In this document: piece after piece, positions 62,106 to 64,000 of the stretch
How positions within the stretch are numbered: the stretch's first letter is position 1
How the letters are laid out: each line of letters begins with the position of its first letter
Origin: Glaucostegus cemiculus
Taxonomy: Eukaryota
NCBI GenBank assembly: GCA_976551045.1
Contig: CDPCPM010000010.1
Location: 18,042,001 to 18,106,000 of the forward strand
Direction: 5' to 3'
Length of the DNA stretch: 64,000 nt
Translations under genes and position numbers: made by a program
The notes under the pieces: generated by a model
Told to the model about the DNA's origin: nothing
What the model saw: only the letters and a program-made list of their open reading frames with translations
The model's database searches: none

Positions 62106-64000
62106 CTCCATCTCACAACCTGTGCATGTTGCCAACTATTTAGCTATGATAGGCAGATTACCCAAAGGTACAGTTTGACTCTTATGCACTTTCCTCACTT
62201 TTCCAGGACAAGATGTAAAACAAACACTGCAGACAGTAACTAATCAGTGGGCTATACATGTGGTTGCATTTCAGTCAGCCTAGAAACACAATGTTTATTG
62301 AAATATGTTAATTACATTTAAGTGGTAACAGTGCAATTTTATTGACACAACTAAGATATGCAAAATATAAAAAAATAACATTTTCAAGAAGACATATTTT
62401 GTCACCACTTGTTTAAATCGTTGAAAATATCTCGAAGTATTATTCTGCTACTTCTATCTTATTTACTAGTTTCACTGTAGATTAATAAGTTTTGAAGTAA
62501 CTTCAATATATTTAAAAACTTTTAAAAATAAATTTGTCTACCAATGTCTTTGTACTAAATAAATGTAGCTTAATTTTGAGAGCCTCCTTAAGTGAATGTG
62601 ATCGGCAGAAACTGCATGTTTTCTTTATTTTGATCTGGGAAACTAACTTCCAACACATTATTTTTGGCATGGTTTGCACTTATAAGTCTTTGACCTATAA
62701 AGAACTTTTAGGTTAATTGCACCATCTAGAGGAACTTTTTGGCCTGATAATAGATGTATTCTACATGCAGCTTGATGGACAGGAAACAAGAAGATAATGC
62801 AATACAAGACAAATGAGAGAAGAATTGCAAAAGGTTATGCAAGCAGAAAATTAATGGCAGATCTCGAATGCTCTGTCTATAACCTAATGTACAGATGTTG
62901 TCTAGCAGCTTATTTCAACCATATCCCAGGGATCAGTGAGCTGCTTTGACACCACCTTCATAAACTGCAGATATAATAACATATCTATATCTCATATGTG
63001 TCTAATTCATTATCATTTGAAAGAAGTTAACATCTTTCATATGAATGGTAACATCAAAAATATCAACAAACTAGTGTAAAAATAAATGAATAGTCATTTT
63101 GCTGATTGTCAAATACCTGGATAAACAGGTCTAAACATGTTCTAAGGATCATGGCCAAGTGTGGTACATTGGAATGCAGCTATGTAACAACATAATTAGC
63201 TAAACCAGCTTCTGTCTGTAAATTAATTTGCTGGAATGTAAAACAGAATAAAGCTGGGTTAATGCTGTGCATTATTAATTACACATAAAAGTTCCCAGAA
63301 ATAGAGATGTTTATGCATTATGACGTTGGTTGTGTGATTCCAATATTTCATGAGACATTTGTGCTGCATTGCTGAAATCCTTGTCTAAAGATTATATTTA
63401 GTATGTTTTCTGCTCTCTCCACTATTATTCATACCACTGCCACATAGGTTATGAAACAGTACTGTGGATGGCATTGAAGTTTTGTGATTTATGGAACCTT
63501 GAATGGCTTTCAACCTTGCTAGCCAAGTGAAAGAACCATTAAAGTTGTGGAGCACATCAGCTTGCTAGAAATTATACTTTATATCTTAATTCCCACATTT
63601 TTGGTGATTTTTTTGACAGCTTTCACAATAAGAGTCCTATCATTATCAGAATATCAGAAAGAAATTACTTTTGGGATCCCTGCCTTGCATCATGCATTAG
63701 GAAGTAATTGTAATAGTTGATTTTGATCACCTTGATAATAATGGGCAAAATGGAGGAGGGGCACAGGCAATGGGTAGGGCTATGGTCAGAGACTGCACTG
63801 ATCTCACTACACTTCTAGTCTATACCATTCTCATCCTGGGAGTGTAGGTATAAACTGAGGCAGTTCCAGAAAACCTGTTGTTACACAGAATGCATTTCAA
63901 CAAGTTTTTGGTTGCCTCCATGAAAAGTTTTTCTGTAGGTCTGAAGCCGAGGTATTCCTTCTGCGGGGCTTTGCTACTGACATTAAGTCTACAACTGCAA

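Overview
Vertebrate genomic DNA, almost certainly from a cartilaginous fish (probably a batoid), judged from its repeats: CR1 LINEs, HE1/V-type tRNA SINEs, Deu-domain SINEs, Rex1/Babar, Tx1, RTE, Penelope-like ends, and Gypsy and Harbinger relics. The only intact protein-coding gene I can support is TIFA (single coding exon 60254-60817, +), with a CpG-island promoter and non-coding first exon at about 53.3-54.1 kb. On the opposite strand, where ALPK1 lies head-to-head with TIFA in human, two broken exons resemble the first two coding exons of ALPK1 (18393-18271 and 10218-10030) and carry stops and a frameshift. The main hypothesis is a decayed ALPK1 (ADP-heptose sensor kinase) next to a fully conserved TIFA substrate, in a region that also holds several enhancer-like non-coding blocks. 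All homology calls are by eye from remembered sequences, no searches were run, and repeat boundaries are approximate.
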